NCBI RefSeq assembly: GCF_040081985.1
Contig: NZ_JBEBMH010000002.1
Location: 1 to 64,000, forward strand
Direction of reading: 5' to 3'
Length of the DNA stretch: 64,000 nucleotides
Origin: Mesorhizobium yinganensis
Lineage (GTDB): Bacteria; Pseudomonadota; Alphaproteobacteria; Rhizobiales; Rhizobiaceae
Part shown: positions 1 through 8,632 of the stretch, piece by piece
Layout of the letters: each line of letters opens with the position of its first letter
Position numbering within the stretch: position 1 is the first letter of the stretch
The notes under the pieces: generated by a model
The model's input: the letters and a program-made list of their open reading frames with translations, nothing else
Databases searched by the model: none
Told to the model about the DNA's origin: nothing
Program-made: the position numbers and the translations under genes

Positions 1-130
1 CTCGCCTTCCAGGCATAGAAAGTTGCGCTGCTGATCCCGTGTTTGCGGCAGACATCGGCCGTGGGAACTCCCGCCTCCTGCTCGCGCAACACCGCGATGA
101 TCTGTTCTTCTGAAAACCTCGATCGCTTCA
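1..130 (-). mobile_element. IS3-family transposase OrfA, N-terminal fragment (gene continues beyond left window edge)
   Basis: Reverse complement of 1..130 begins with ATG at 128-130 and translates to MKRSRFSEEQIIAVLREQEAGVPTADVCRKHGISSATFYAWKA, the helix-turn-helix N-terminus typical of IS3/IS911 OrfA. Only 43 codons are in the window. Confidence 0.6.
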
Positions 131-164
131 TTGTCCGGTCCTTCTTGCGGTCCGGACTCTAGCC

Positions 165-1508
165 TCATCTGGTCGACATCAAAGGGGTCACAGCACCGTC
201 GGTAAACAGCACGACCCACTTGCTGACATTTTTATCCTTGAACGGTTGACCTTCCGCGTAAGGCTCTCCCGGTGACAAAACCCTCCGCCCCCAGGCCATG
301 CCTTCAGAGACATTGGTGCCTGAGCCCGCCCAAGCCCGCATCTTCCCGATCTCAACAAGCAAGGAATCGAGGTCTTCCGTCAACGGGGCGATTGGCGTCG
401 GACACGAGCGGTTTGGACCGGTAGCGAGAACCTTGTGCTCTGTTTTCTTGGTAAAGGTGGCGGTGGGCTGCAGGTCGTCTTTTATGCTGCGAGGGGTACC
501 ACCGGGCAGGTTGTATTTGACGACGTTCATTAGCTCCGCTTTTTGTGCCTCTACAATTCTATTGTCTTCCTTGTTACCTCCCTTGGTAGCCTTGCTATCC
601 GTACCATCCCGTAAATACGAATTGTTGAATTGTGAGCCGTCATTGCTCTTTGCGAGGTCTGTTTTCTCAACGCCTGGTTCATCTGGAGCGAAATAGGGTA
701 CGAACAGCGTCTTCGGATTGTTCAAATCTGGCACGTCGTCACTGAGATTGAGCGAACCCTCCCGCGCCTCAACGCAGCCGCCCCAGTCAACTCCAAGGCG
801 TTTGAACATAAGAAGATGGTCGGCCGCGCTGCCATTTATGGTGTTGAAGCGCTCGCCGTTTCTTGGGTTCTTACCCGTTTTGTCGATCCAGCTATCCTTG
901 AATCCCTTGCCGTTCACATTGACCGCCGTCACAAACGGCACAAGCGCGGCCCGCACCGTGCGACCGGAACTGTCGTTGCCTTGCATACCTTTTAATGCCT
1001 TGACCAGTTCGCTGGCGGCCTCGCGCAAATCCCAGATCCTGTTGTTTTTTTCACTCCCGTCGTTCATCGAACCAGTATTGTCCAGCACCAGCGCGACCTC
1101 GACGTTCTTGCGCGATTCGAAGGCCACCGCCGTCACCTTGATCAGCGGATCGGCCCCGAAAAGCCCTATGAATTTCAGGTCGACATGCGATGTCGCGGTC
1201 GCCTCGTTGCGGATGTCGACGATCGTCTCATTGACGTTGATGGTGGCCGTCGGATCGCGCAGCAACTGTTTGCCGGCGATATTCGAGGCGAAGAAACGGT
1301 CGAACGTGTCTTTCCGCGAGACATCGGTCGCGCCGACGCGGGAAGCGGCCATCACCGCCGCATCGAGCGAGGCCTGCAGATCCGACTTCGCCGACATCAA
1401 ATTGGTGATGTCGATGGCAAAACCGACAGCAAAAAGTGCAGCGGGCGACACCACCGCCAATGTCAGCGCAAAATTGCCGGACGTCGACCGCAGGAACCGT
1501 TTGAACAT
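165..1508 (-). CDS. TadG-like Flp-pilus assembly protein (TadE-like N-terminal membrane segment plus vWA-like domain), probably 3'-truncated by the IS element
   Basis: ORF 165..1682 with an internal ATG at 1506-1508 giving MFKRFLRSTSGNFALTLAVVSPAALFAVGFAID (TadE/TadG-type N-terminus). A metal-site-like block DNTGSMND and a C-terminal VVLFTDGAV follow. The stop lies about 35 bp from the IS3 orfA start. Confidence 0.55.
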   Translation of the reverse strand: MFKRFLRSTSGNFALTLAVVSPAALFAVGFAIDITNLMSAKSDLQASLDAAVMAASRVGATDVSRKDTFDRFFASNIAGKQLLRDPTATINVNETIVDIRNEATATSHVDLKFIGLFGADPLIKVTAVAFESRKNVEVALVLDNTGSMNDGSEKNNRIWDLREAASELVKALKGMQGNDSSGRTVRAALVPFVTAVNVNGKGFKDSWIDKTGKNPRNGERFNTINGSAADHLLMFKRLGVDWGGCVEAREGSLNLSDDVPDLNNPKTLFVPYFAPDEPGVEKTDLAKSNDGSQFNNSYLRDGTDSKATKGGNKEDNRIVEAQKAELMNVVKYNLPGGTPRSIKDDLQPTATFTKKTEHKVLATGPNRSCPTPIAPLTEDLDSLLVEIGKMRAWAGSGTNVSEGMAWGRRVLSPGEPYAEGQPFKDKNVSKWVVLFTDGAVTPLMSTR

Positions 1509-1739
1509 TTCTGACCCCAGACAACCACAGGCGTGCAAACTGCCGATGCCGGCGTGAAAATTCGGTTGAAAATCAGAACACGCCGGCAACCGGTTGCGTG
1601 CAGGCTTAACGGGGGATTGCGAGACCGGGGGAAATTCTAGACAATCGCCTGCGTGTCCGCTCTTGCCCGCACAACAAGGCAAACGAGCGCATCAAAGTTG
1701 ACGTCATTCGCGCATCCAACCTTGCGCCGCAGCCGAAAT

Positions 1740-1835
1740 CCTGTATAGAGCGCGCTTCTGCCGGTCCCGGCTGGGGGCTGAACGGAGGGCCGGAGGTTTT
1801 CAAAACCTCCGTTCGAAGGCGAAGAAAGCCTTCAG
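1740..1835 (+). promoter_or_regulatory. Putative rpsF promoter (cTTGCGCc ... TATAGAg) and structured 5' leader hairpins
   Basis: A -35/-10-like pair sits near 1725-1755. Downstream is a near-perfect palindrome ggagggccggaggttttcaaaacctccgttcgaagg and a second hairpin gaaggcgaagaaagccttc, about 140 nt upstream of the rpsF ATG. rpsF leaders are known S6:S18 autoregulatory targets in many bacteria. Confidence 0.25.
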
Positions 1836-1973
1836 CCTCCCGTGTCTCCGCTCTCCGACCGTCCATGCTCCTTTCTTCTCCTGAGGCGGCCATCGGCCCC
1901 CGAAGGATCAAGACAGGTTGCAGAGGCTTAGCCGCCGGTGCCGGGCAGAGTGTTGAAGAAAGGCAAAAGCACA

Positions 1974-2456
1974 ATGGCTCTTTACGAACATGTGTTCCTT
2001 GCCCGCCAGGACCTCTCGCAGCAGCAGGTCGACGCGCTTGTGGAGCACTACAAGGGCGTGATCGCTGCCAACGGAGGCTCCGTCGGCCGGGTGGAGAACT
2101 GGGGACTGAAGTCCCTCACCTACCGGATCAAGAAGAACCGGAAAGCCTACTACACGCTGATGGACCTGAACTGCCCGCCGGCCGCGCTGAACGAGATGGA
2201 GCGCCAGCAGGGCCTCTCGGAAGACATCCTGCGTTTCCTGACCGTCAAGGTCGACAAGCACGAGGAAGGCCAGTCGGCCATGCTGCAGAAGCGCGAAGAG
2301 CGCAGCGAACGCGGCGGTTTCGGCGACCGCGACCGCGGCGATCGTGGCCCGCGCAGCTTCGGTGACCGTGACCGCGGCGACCGTGGCCCGCGCAGCTTCG
2401 GCGACCGCGAGGACCGCCCGCGCCGTCCGCGCGAAAATGTTGAAGGAGCCGCATGA
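1974..2456 (+). CDS. rpsF: 30S ribosomal protein S6
   Basis: [30 protein letters not shown]... is the canonical S6 N-terminus, with a start 12 codons inside ORF 1938..2456. The C-terminus carries an RD-rich tandem repeat ([15 protein letters not shown] x2). Confidence 0.95.
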   Translation: MALYEHVFLARQDLSQQQVDALVEHYKGVIAANGGSVGRVENWGLKSLTYRIKKNRKAYYTLMDLNCPPAALNEMERQQGLSEDILRFLTVKVDKHEEGQSAMLQKREERSERGGFGDRDRGDRGPRSFGDRDRGDRGPRSFGDREDRPRRPRENVEGAA

Positions 2457-2704
2457 TGGTCGACATCAACCAGATCCCGACCCGGCGTCCGTTCCATCGC
2501 CGCCGCAAGACCTGCCCGTTCTCCGGCGCCAACGCCCCGAAGATCGACTACAAGGACGTGCGCCTGCTGCAGCGCTACATTTCCGAGCGCGGCAAGATCG
2601 TGCCGAGCCGCATCACCGCCGTTAGCCAGAAGAAGCAGCGCGAACTCGCCCAGGCGATCAAGCGCGCCCGCTTCCTCGGCCTGCTGCCATATCTGGTGCG
2701 CTAA
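2453..2704 (+). CDS. rpsR: 30S ribosomal protein S18
   Basis: [80 protein letters not shown] is the canonical S18. Its ATG overlaps the rpsF stop (ATGA). Confidence 0.95.
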   Translation: MMVDINQIPTRRPFHRRRKTCPFSGANAPKIDYKDVRLLQRYISERGKIVPSRITAVSQKKQRELAQAIKRARFLGLLPYLVR

Positions 2705-2970
2705 GTTAGACGCTGGGGGCAGTTTACTTTCCCGCAAGAAGGCGATGGCCGACGAGGCCTTGGCGCAAGCGGAAAAAGCAAACTGTCCCCAGCGGCCCCT
2801 CTGCGACGGGCGCGGCGGGTGAAAAATGAAAATCCCGAGTTGGGGCCCAAAAGACCCCTAACTGCCGACACGGGCAGGACAGCGACCTCTTTCGGCCGAG
2901 CCGTCGACCCGCTTCCTGATCCGTTTCCGAAACCGCCGCGCACGCGCGGCACCAGAAAAGGAACAGAGAG

Positions 2971-3546
2971 ATGGAAGTCATTCTTCTCGAACGCATTTCC
3001 CGCCTCGGCCAGATGGGCGACACCGTCAAGGTCAAGGACGGTTTCGCCCGCAACTTCCTGCTGCCGCAGGGCAAGGCGCTGCGCGCCAACGAAGGCAACA
3101 AGAAGAAGTTCGAGGGCCAGCGCGCCCAGCTCGAAGCCCGCAACCTCGAGCGCAAGTCGGAAGCCACGGCGATCGCCGAGACGCTCGACGGCAAGAGCTT
3201 CATCGTCGTGCGCTCGGCCGGCGAGACCGGCCAGCTCTACGGTTCGGTGTCGACCCGCGACATCGCCGACCTGCTGACCGCCGGCGGCTATACCGTCGCC
3301 CGCAACCAGGTCGAGCTCAACCAGCCGATCAAGACCATCGGCCTCACCAATGTGGCGATCGCGCTGCATCCGGAAGTCGAGGTCACGGTGACGCTGAACA
3401 TCGCCCGCTCCGAGGAAGAGGCCGAGCGCCAGTCGAAGGGCGAGACGCTGACCACGGCCGAGGCCATCTACGGAGACGACATCAACGAAAACGCGCGGCC
3501 GGACAATTTCTTCGATCCGGCTTCCGAAGAGGACGAGGGAGCGTAA
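2971..3546 (+). CDS. rplI: 50S ribosomal protein L9
   Basis: [39 protein letters not shown] is the canonical L9 N-terminus. This is the third gene of the rpsF-rpsR-rplI operon. Confidence 0.95.
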   Translation: MEVILLERISRLGQMGDTVKVKDGFARNFLLPQGKALRANEGNKKKFEGQRAQLEARNLERKSEATAIAETLDGKSFIVVRSAGETGQLYGSVSTRDIADLLTAGGYTVARNQVELNQPIKTIGLTNVAIALHPEVEVTVTLNIARSEEEAERQSKGETLTTAEAIYGDDINENARPDNFFDPASEEDEGA

Positions 3547-3571
3547 GCTCGGTCCAGACCGACGACTTCAG

Positions 3572-3600
3572 AGCCCGGGTTCGACCCGGGCTTTTTGTTC
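3572..3600 (+). terminator. Rho-independent terminator of the rpsF-rpsR-rplI operon
   Basis: agcccgggttcgacccgggctttttgtt: a GC-rich 7-bp stem with loop ttcga followed by a T-run, 26 nt after the rplI stop. Confidence 0.65.
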
Positions 3601-3757
3601 TCAGGGCCTCGGTTGTCCGAGCCAGGATATGACCCATGTCATGTTCCCAGCCAGTCCCAAATTTGATTGAAAGCGTTGCCGCGCCTGCCCTGTGCGGCGA
3701 GCACATATCGGTGCTCAACATCGGCGAAGCTGGCCAGCCTGCCTGGAATGGAAAACA

Positions 3758-3772
3758 TGATCAAAAAATTCA
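3758..3772 (+). promoter_or_regulatory. Candidate RirA operator (IRO-type TGA-N9-TCA) upstream of rirA
   Basis: tgatcaaaaaattca lies in the AT-rich region about 85 bp upstream of the rirA ATG. Confidence 0.3.
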
Positions 3773-3853
3773 AGTAATTGAGTCTCTTGTCTGGAATTAT
3801 TCCAAACTATAGGCCATATTCAGCCGACGAACGCGTGCGCGGAAGGAGCGACC

Positions 3854-4318
3854 ATGCGACTGACACGCCAGACCAACTACGCCATGCGCATCCTGATGTA
3901 TTGCGCGGCCAATGAGGGACGGCTGAGCCGCATCCCCGAGATCGCCGAGGCCTACACGGTCTCGGAACTCTTCCTCTTTAAGATCCTGCAGCCGCTGGTC
4001 GAAAACGGCCTCGTCGAGACGGTGCGCGGCAGGAATGGCGGCGTGCGGCTCGGGCGCCCGGCCGACAAGATCAACCTCTTCGACGTCGTTCGCGTCACCG
4101 AGGAGAGTTTTGCCATGGCGGAATGTTTCGAGAACGACGCGGCCGAATGTCCTCTGATCGACAGCTGCGCGCTGAATGCGGCACTGCGCGAGGCGCTGAA
4201 CGCCTTCTTCGCCGTGCTGGAACGTCATACGATCGCCGATCTGGTGAAGTCGCGCAGCAACGTCCGCTCGCTGCTCGGTATCGAGGCGCTGGCGCCGGTC
4301 CGAGCGCCGGCCGCCTGA
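3854..4318 (+). CDS. rirA: Rrf2-family iron-responsive regulator RirA
   Basis: MRLTRQTNYAMRILMYCAANEGRLSRIPEIAEAYTVSELFLFKILQPLVENGLVETVRGRNGGVRLGRPA... matches the rhizobial RirA N-terminus and length (154 aa). The Cys residues needed for the Fe-S cluster are present (ECFENDAAECPLIDSC). Confidence 0.85.
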   Translation: MRLTRQTNYAMRILMYCAANEGRLSRIPEIAEAYTVSELFLFKILQPLVENGLVETVRGRNGGVRLGRPADKINLFDVVRVTEESFAMAECFENDAAECPLIDSCALNAALREALNAFFAVLERHTIADLVKSRSNVRSLLGIEALAPVRAPAA

Positions 4319-4321
4319 TCG

Positions 4322-5113
4322 CTACACAGCCACCGACTGCGGCAGGACGAAGGGGACATTGCCTGCAGGCAGCGCCCCTACCCTCAGCCGGCAGTCGAAG
4401 ACGCTTTCGATCAGTTCGTCGCTGAGCACGTCGCGCGGTCCGCCCGAAGCCGCGACACGGCCGCGATGCATGACGAAGACGCAGTCCGCATACATCGCCG
4501 TCAGGTTGAGGTCGTGCAGGATAGCGACCACGCCTCCGCCCCTTCGGGCATAGTCACGGGCAATGTCCATGATGACCAACTGGTGTTTTATGTCGAGGCT
4601 GGAGACCGGCTCGTCGAGGAAGAGATAACGCGGCCGCCCTTCGAGAACCGGCACCCAGACCTGGCAGAGCACGCGGGCAAGCTGCACGCGCTGCTGTTCG
4701 CCGCCCGAAAGCTCTTGATAAAATCGCCCGCCGAAGCCGGCGAGGTCGACCTTGGCCAGCGCGCGCTCCGGTAGCCGCTCGGCTTCTCCCGCGAGCGTTC
4801 CCGAACGGCCGCCCATCAGACCGAGGCGCACGATCTCGCGTACCGTGAACGGAAAGGCGAGTTGCGTCGACTGCGGCAGCACGGCCCGCAAGCCCGCCGC
4901 CTCGCGCGGCGTCATGCCGGCAATCTCGCGCCCGTCCAGCGTGATGCTGCCGCGATAGGGCAAGTCGCCGGTCAAGGCTTTCAGGAAAGTCGTCTTGCCG
5001 GATCCGTTCGGTCCGACAATTGCGGTTATCTCCCCCGGCCGGGTGCGAAAATCCACGCCCTCGACGATGCGTGCGCTGCCGATCGAGACCGCGACGTCCT
5101 TTGCTTCGATCAT
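4322..5113 (-). CDS. hmuV: Hemin ABC transporter ATP-binding protein
   Basis: MIEAKDVAVSIGSARIVEGVDFRTRPGEITAIVGPNGSGKTT (Walker A), LSGGEQQRV (signature) and LFLDEPVSSLD (Walker B). It is the last gene of the hmuPSTUV operon. An alternative GTG start lies at 5125. Confidence 0.85.
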   Translation of the reverse strand: MIEAKDVAVSIGSARIVEGVDFRTRPGEITAIVGPNGSGKTTFLKALTGDLPYRGSITLDGREIAGMTPREAAGLRAVLPQSTQLAFPFTVREIVRLGLMGGRSGTLAGEAERLPERALAKVDLAGFGGRFYQELSGGEQQRVQLARVLCQVWVPVLEGRPRYLFLDEPVSSLDIKHQLVIMDIARDYARRGGGVVAILHDLNLTAMYADCVFVMHRGRVAASGGPRDVLSDELIESVFDCRLRVGALPAGNVPFVLPQSVAV

Positions 5114-5125
5114 CCTGTCCTCCAC

Positions 5126-6226
5126 TCAGAGATCGAGCACGCCGCGCTTGCGCAGCAGGATCCATAGGAAGAAGGGACCGCCCGCCGCGGCCGTGATGAT
5201 ACCGATCGGCAGTTCCGCCGGCGCGACGATGGTGCGGCTCAGCGCATCGGCGAGCAGCAGCAGGCAGGCGCCGAGCAGCGCCGAGCACGGCAGCAGGTAG
5301 CGGTTGTCGGGTCCGATCAGCAGGCGCAGCAGATGCGGAACGATGATGCCCACGAACGCAATGCCGCCGCTGACAGCCACCGAGGCGCCGGTCGCCGCCG
5401 AGACCATGAGGATAGCGGCGTATTTCAACCGCTGCACCGGCACGCCGAGATAGGCGGCGCTGGATTCTCCGAGCGCCAGCGCATTTAGCCCACGCGCGAA
5501 GAAAGGCGAGACGGCGAGCGCGGTCGCCACGATGCTGCCCGCCGCGAAAACCTTCGTCCACGTCGCGCCGGCGAGCGACCCCAGCGACCAGAAAGTCAGG
5601 TCGCGCAATTGACGGTCGTCCGCCATGAAGATCAGCAGGCCCGTCAGCGCTGTCGCCATGGCGCCGAGCGCGATGCCGGCGAGCAGCATGGTGGCGATCG
5701 AGGTCTGGCCGCGCCGCGTCGCCACCTTGTAGAGCACCATCGTCACCACGAGGCTGCCGATGAAGGCCGCCAGCGGCAGGGCATAGATGCCGAGCAGCGC
5801 CGTCACCGGCGCAAGCACTGTCGTGCCCAGCACGATCACCGACACGGCGCCCAGGCTGGCACCGGCGGAGACGCCGACGATGCCGGGATCGGCAAGCGGA
5901 TTGCGGAACAGCCCCTGCATGACAGCGCCGGACACCGCCAGCCCCGCGCCGACCATGACGCCCATGGCGACACGCGGCAGACGGATGTCGTAGATGATGA
6001 TGCGGTCGCGCTCGGTGAGCACGTCGCCGCCCGCCCCTTGCAGCAGCCAGTCCTTCAGCACGGCAAAAGCCGATGCATCCGAGGCGCCTGAGGACGCACC
6101 GAACGCCGCCGTGAGTAGCAGTGCGACGCAAAGCAGGACCAGCACCAATTGGGCGCGCTGCGAGCGGTCGCCGGCGGCTCGAACAGAAGGGTTCACGGCA
6201 GCGGCAGCATCGCTGAACACGGACAT
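5126..6226 (-). CDS. hmuU: Hemin ABC transporter permease (FecCD family)
   Basis: An internal ATG at 6224-6226 gives MSVFSDAAAAVNPS... followed by multiple TM helices and FecCD-type motifs (IYDIRLPRV, GPFFLWILLRKR). The longer upstream reading frame lacks sensible N-terminal sequence. Confidence 0.85.
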   Translation of the reverse strand: MSVFSDAAAAVNPSVRAAGDRSQRAQLVLVLLCVALLLTAAFGASSGASDASAFAVLKDWLLQGAGGDVLTERDRIIIYDIRLPRVAMGVMVGAGLAVSGAVMQGLFRNPLADPGIVGVSAGASLGAVSVIVLGTTVLAPVTALLGIYALPLAAFIGSLVVTMVLYKVATRRGQTSIATMLLAGIALGAMATALTGLLIFMADDRQLRDLTFWSLGSLAGATWTKVFAAGSIVATALAVSPFFARGLNALALGESSAAYLGVPVQRLKYAAILMVSAATGASVAVSGGIAFVGIIVPHLLRLLIGPDNRYLLPCSALLGACLLLLADALSRTIVAPAELPIGIITAAAGGPFFLWILLRKRGVLDL

Positions 6227-6236
6227 TCCCGCATGC

Positions 6237-7145
6237 CTATTGCTTGATCGCGTCGCCGTACAGCTCCGCGGCGAGATCACGGACCGCATCGGCGGTGCGC
6301 GGCCCGAAGCCGAGCAGATAGGCTCCGCCCATGCGCACGAAGCTTCGCTTCTCGCCGGCCGGCGTCGACTGGATTGCCGGCAGTGAGAATAGCTGCGCCT
6401 CGGTCGCCGCATGATCTTCATCGCCGCCGCGGCTCATCATCAGGACGAGGTCGGGTTTGGCGGTGATGATCGCCTCGTCGGAGAGTGGGCGATAGCCCGA
6501 AAAACCCTGGATGGCATTGACGCCGCCCGCCATCTTGATGATGCCGTCCGCCGCCGTGTCTGCACCGGAGCCAAGAATCTTGCCGTCCTGCACGCTGAGC
6601 ACGAACAGCACGCGCTTGCGCTCGGCGATATTGGCGGTGAGGTCTTCCGCCGCCTTCAGGTCGGCGTCGACCTTGGCGGCAAGCTCTGCCGCCTTGTCAT
6701 CGGCGCCGATCGCTTTGCCGACGATGACGATCTTGTCGACGATGCCCTGGTGGCCGAAATGGTCGGGCACCTCGATATAGGGAACGCTGGCCTTCTTCAG
6801 CACGTCGACCGCTTCCTTGGGGCCGCTGCCCTGCAGCGCCAGGATGGCGCTGGGCTTTACCGACAGCACGCCCTCCGGCGAAAGCGCCCGCATGTAGCCG
6901 ACATCGGGCAGGCTGAAGGCGGCCTCGGGATAGACGCTGGTCGAATCGCGAGCGACCAGCCGCTTCTCCTCGCCCAGCGCAAAGACGATCTCGGTGATCG
7001 AGCCGCCGACGGCGACGATACGGCTGGGATCAGGGAAAACACTGACGCCTTCCGTGGCCTGCGCTGAAACGGACGCGGCCGCCGTGAATACCACGGCGGC
7101 GAGCAGGCGGCGCAGCGGCAAACCGCCAAGTCGGAACGATGTCAT
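6237..7145 (-). CDS. hmuT: Periplasmic hemin-binding protein
   Basis: Signal peptide MTSFRLGGLPLRRLLAAVVFTAAASVSAQA followed by a class-III substrate-binding-protein fold. Sits between hmuS and hmuU. Confidence 0.85.
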   Translation of the reverse strand: MTSFRLGGLPLRRLLAAVVFTAAASVSAQATEGVSVFPDPSRIVAVGGSITEIVFALGEEKRLVARDSTSVYPEAAFSLPDVGYMRALSPEGVLSVKPSAILALQGSGPKEAVDVLKKASVPYIEVPDHFGHQGIVDKIVIVGKAIGADDKAAELAAKVDADLKAAEDLTANIAERKRVLFVLSVQDGKILGSGADTAADGIIKMAGGVNAIQGFSGYRPLSDEAIITAKPDLVLMMSRGGDEDHAATEAQLFSLPAIQSTPAGEKRSFVRMGGAYLLGFGPRTADAVRDLAAELYGDAIKQ

Positions 7146-7146
7146 G

Positions 7147-8217
7147 TCAAACTTTCACGCGGCGGTGGAACAGGGAATGCGGGGGAAGATGCTCGGCCAG
7201 GAAGCGCCAGTCCTCGCGCTCGCCCTCGCCTTCATGGCGCTTGCCGAAGAACTGGATGATCAGCCTGCCCTCGCCGTCATACGCCTCGACGGAGGTTACG
7301 TGCCCGTCCTTGGTCGGCTTGCGCACCGCCCAGGTCTCGCGGATGTGGTCGAGGCGCAGATGCAGATGAAAAGTCTCGTCGAGAACGTTGATCCACGGCC
7401 CCATCGGCTTGGCCGAGGCGATCGGCCCGGAATGGATCTGGATGCAGCCGCGGCTGCCGACGAAACACATGATCGGGACCGCATCCTGCGCCGCGAGATT
7501 CATCAGCGCGGCCACCGCGTCGCCGTCAAGCTGCCAGGCGAGATCGGGACCCGCAAGCCGCATGGCGCGGCGGCGGCTGATTTTCAACGAGCGCAGCATG
7601 CCGAAGAATTGGTGCGTGTCGGTCAGGCTGTTCCAGCGCTCGCGCAGCACGTCCGGCGAGACGCCCTCGTCGTCGGCCTCCACCTTCGCCTCGCCGGTCT
7701 CGATGTCGACCGTCGGAGATTGGTCCGGCGATTCCAGCGAGGCAACCAGCTTCTGGTAGGCATAAAGGTTTGAGGCAGGCCGCAAATGCACCTTGTGCAC
7801 GGCCTCGCCGGCCGCGTCGAAGAATTGCAGGCTGCGCCGGATTTCGTCACCGTCGCGTTTCTCGACAGCGAATCCGTGTTTCCACATGCCGGGGAAAATC
7901 CTGAGGTCGATGTCGGCGCCCAGAACCATGGCGCTGTGCTCGCCCGGAAAGACCTTGTCATAGACGCCGATCTTCTCGTGCACAGCGCTGTCATTGCGCG
8001 TCAGCGCCATGACCTCGCCCACCGATTCGAGACCAATTAGCAGGTCGTTGACGCGCGGCTCGATACGCACGACGCCCTGGCCGCAATGCGCGGCCACCAG
8101 TTCCGCCTCGGAGATACCGAGCTGAATCGCAAGATCGCGCTCGCGCATCTTCGAATTGTCGTCCCGCGCCCGCCGGATTTGCTCCGGCGTCGGCTTCACC
8201 TGCTGATCCATGTCCAA
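7147..8217 (-). CDS. hmuS: Cytoplasmic heme-degrading/chaperone protein (HemS/ChuS/PhuS family)
   Basis: 356 aa with the duplicated HemS/ChuS architecture. Occupies the position between hmuP and hmuT. Confidence 0.8.
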   Translation of the reverse strand: MDMDQQVKPTPEQIRRARDDNSKMRERDLAIQLGISEAELVAAHCGQGVVRIEPRVNDLLIGLESVGEVMALTRNDSAVHEKIGVYDKVFPGEHSAMVLGADIDLRIFPGMWKHGFAVEKRDGDEIRRSLQFFDAAGEAVHKVHLRPASNLYAYQKLVASLESPDQSPTVDIETGEAKVEADDEGVSPDVLRERWNSLTDTHQFFGMLRSLKISRRRAMRLAGPDLAWQLDGDAVAALMNLAAQDAVPIMCFVGSRGCIQIHSGPIASAKPMGPWINVLDETFHLHLRLDHIRETWAVRKPTKDGHVTSVEAYDGEGRLIIQFFGKRHEGEGEREDWRFLAEHLPPHSLFHRRVKV

Positions 8218-8218
8218 C

Positions 8219-8428
8219 CTATTTGTTGAGAATAAGCTTGCCCTGCCGGGTGATCTTCAGCCGGTAGAGCGACCCGCCGTGATCGATACCGATCTCGAAC
8301 TCGCCCTGGAAGAGCGACTGGCTGGTCAGGGTGCGAACTGCCGCCGGACGCCGGAATTCGGGGCGTTGCACGCCCTCGGTGGGGTAAGGACGCGCGCGGA
8401 AGAAAGCATTGGGATTGTGCGTGTTCAT
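8219..8428 (-). CDS. hmuP: Small hemin-uptake protein HmuP/HemP
   Basis: 69 aa ending ...LYRLKITRQGKLILNK, the conserved C-terminal motif of HemP/HmuP. It is the first gene of the operon, directly downstream of the divergent promoter region. Confidence 0.7.
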   Translation of the reverse strand: MNTHNPNAFFRARPYPTEGVQRPEFRRPAAVRTLTSQSLFQGEFEIGIDHGGSLYRLKITRQGKLILNK

Positions 8429-8497
8429 CTCGATCGACCCTCTCTGTCGCCGTTGATACCGCTTGGCCGGTTGCCCGGAATTTGCCGCCTGTTATCT

Positions 8498-8512
8498 TGA
8501 CTTAAAATATCA
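8498..8512. promoter_or_regulatory. Candidate RirA box (TGA-N9-TCA) in the hmuP/hmuR divergent promoter region; a second perfect palindrome GTCAACATATTTGAC is at 8547-8561
   Basis: ttgacttaaaatatcatg contains TGA-cttaaaata-TCA. It lies within a 200-bp AT-rich intergenic region between the divergently transcribed hmuP and hmuR. Confidence 0.35.
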
Positions 8513-8632
8513 TGTTTTATAGGGAGTGCAATACCGGACAAAACAAGTCAACATATTTGACGGGTAACACCAAAATGCCAGCCAGCCTCCCGCCAGCCCG
8601 CATTTTTTTCAGACGCATGCAGGAGTAGGGAC

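Noticed and set aside
4554-6131. 525-aa minus-strand ORF overlapping hmuU and hmuV in another frame
   Set aside because: The translation is Arg/Gly/Ala-rich low complexity (RRAHRARPHHHLRH...) with no motifs. It is a typical spurious long ORF of high-GC DNA lying over well-supported genes.
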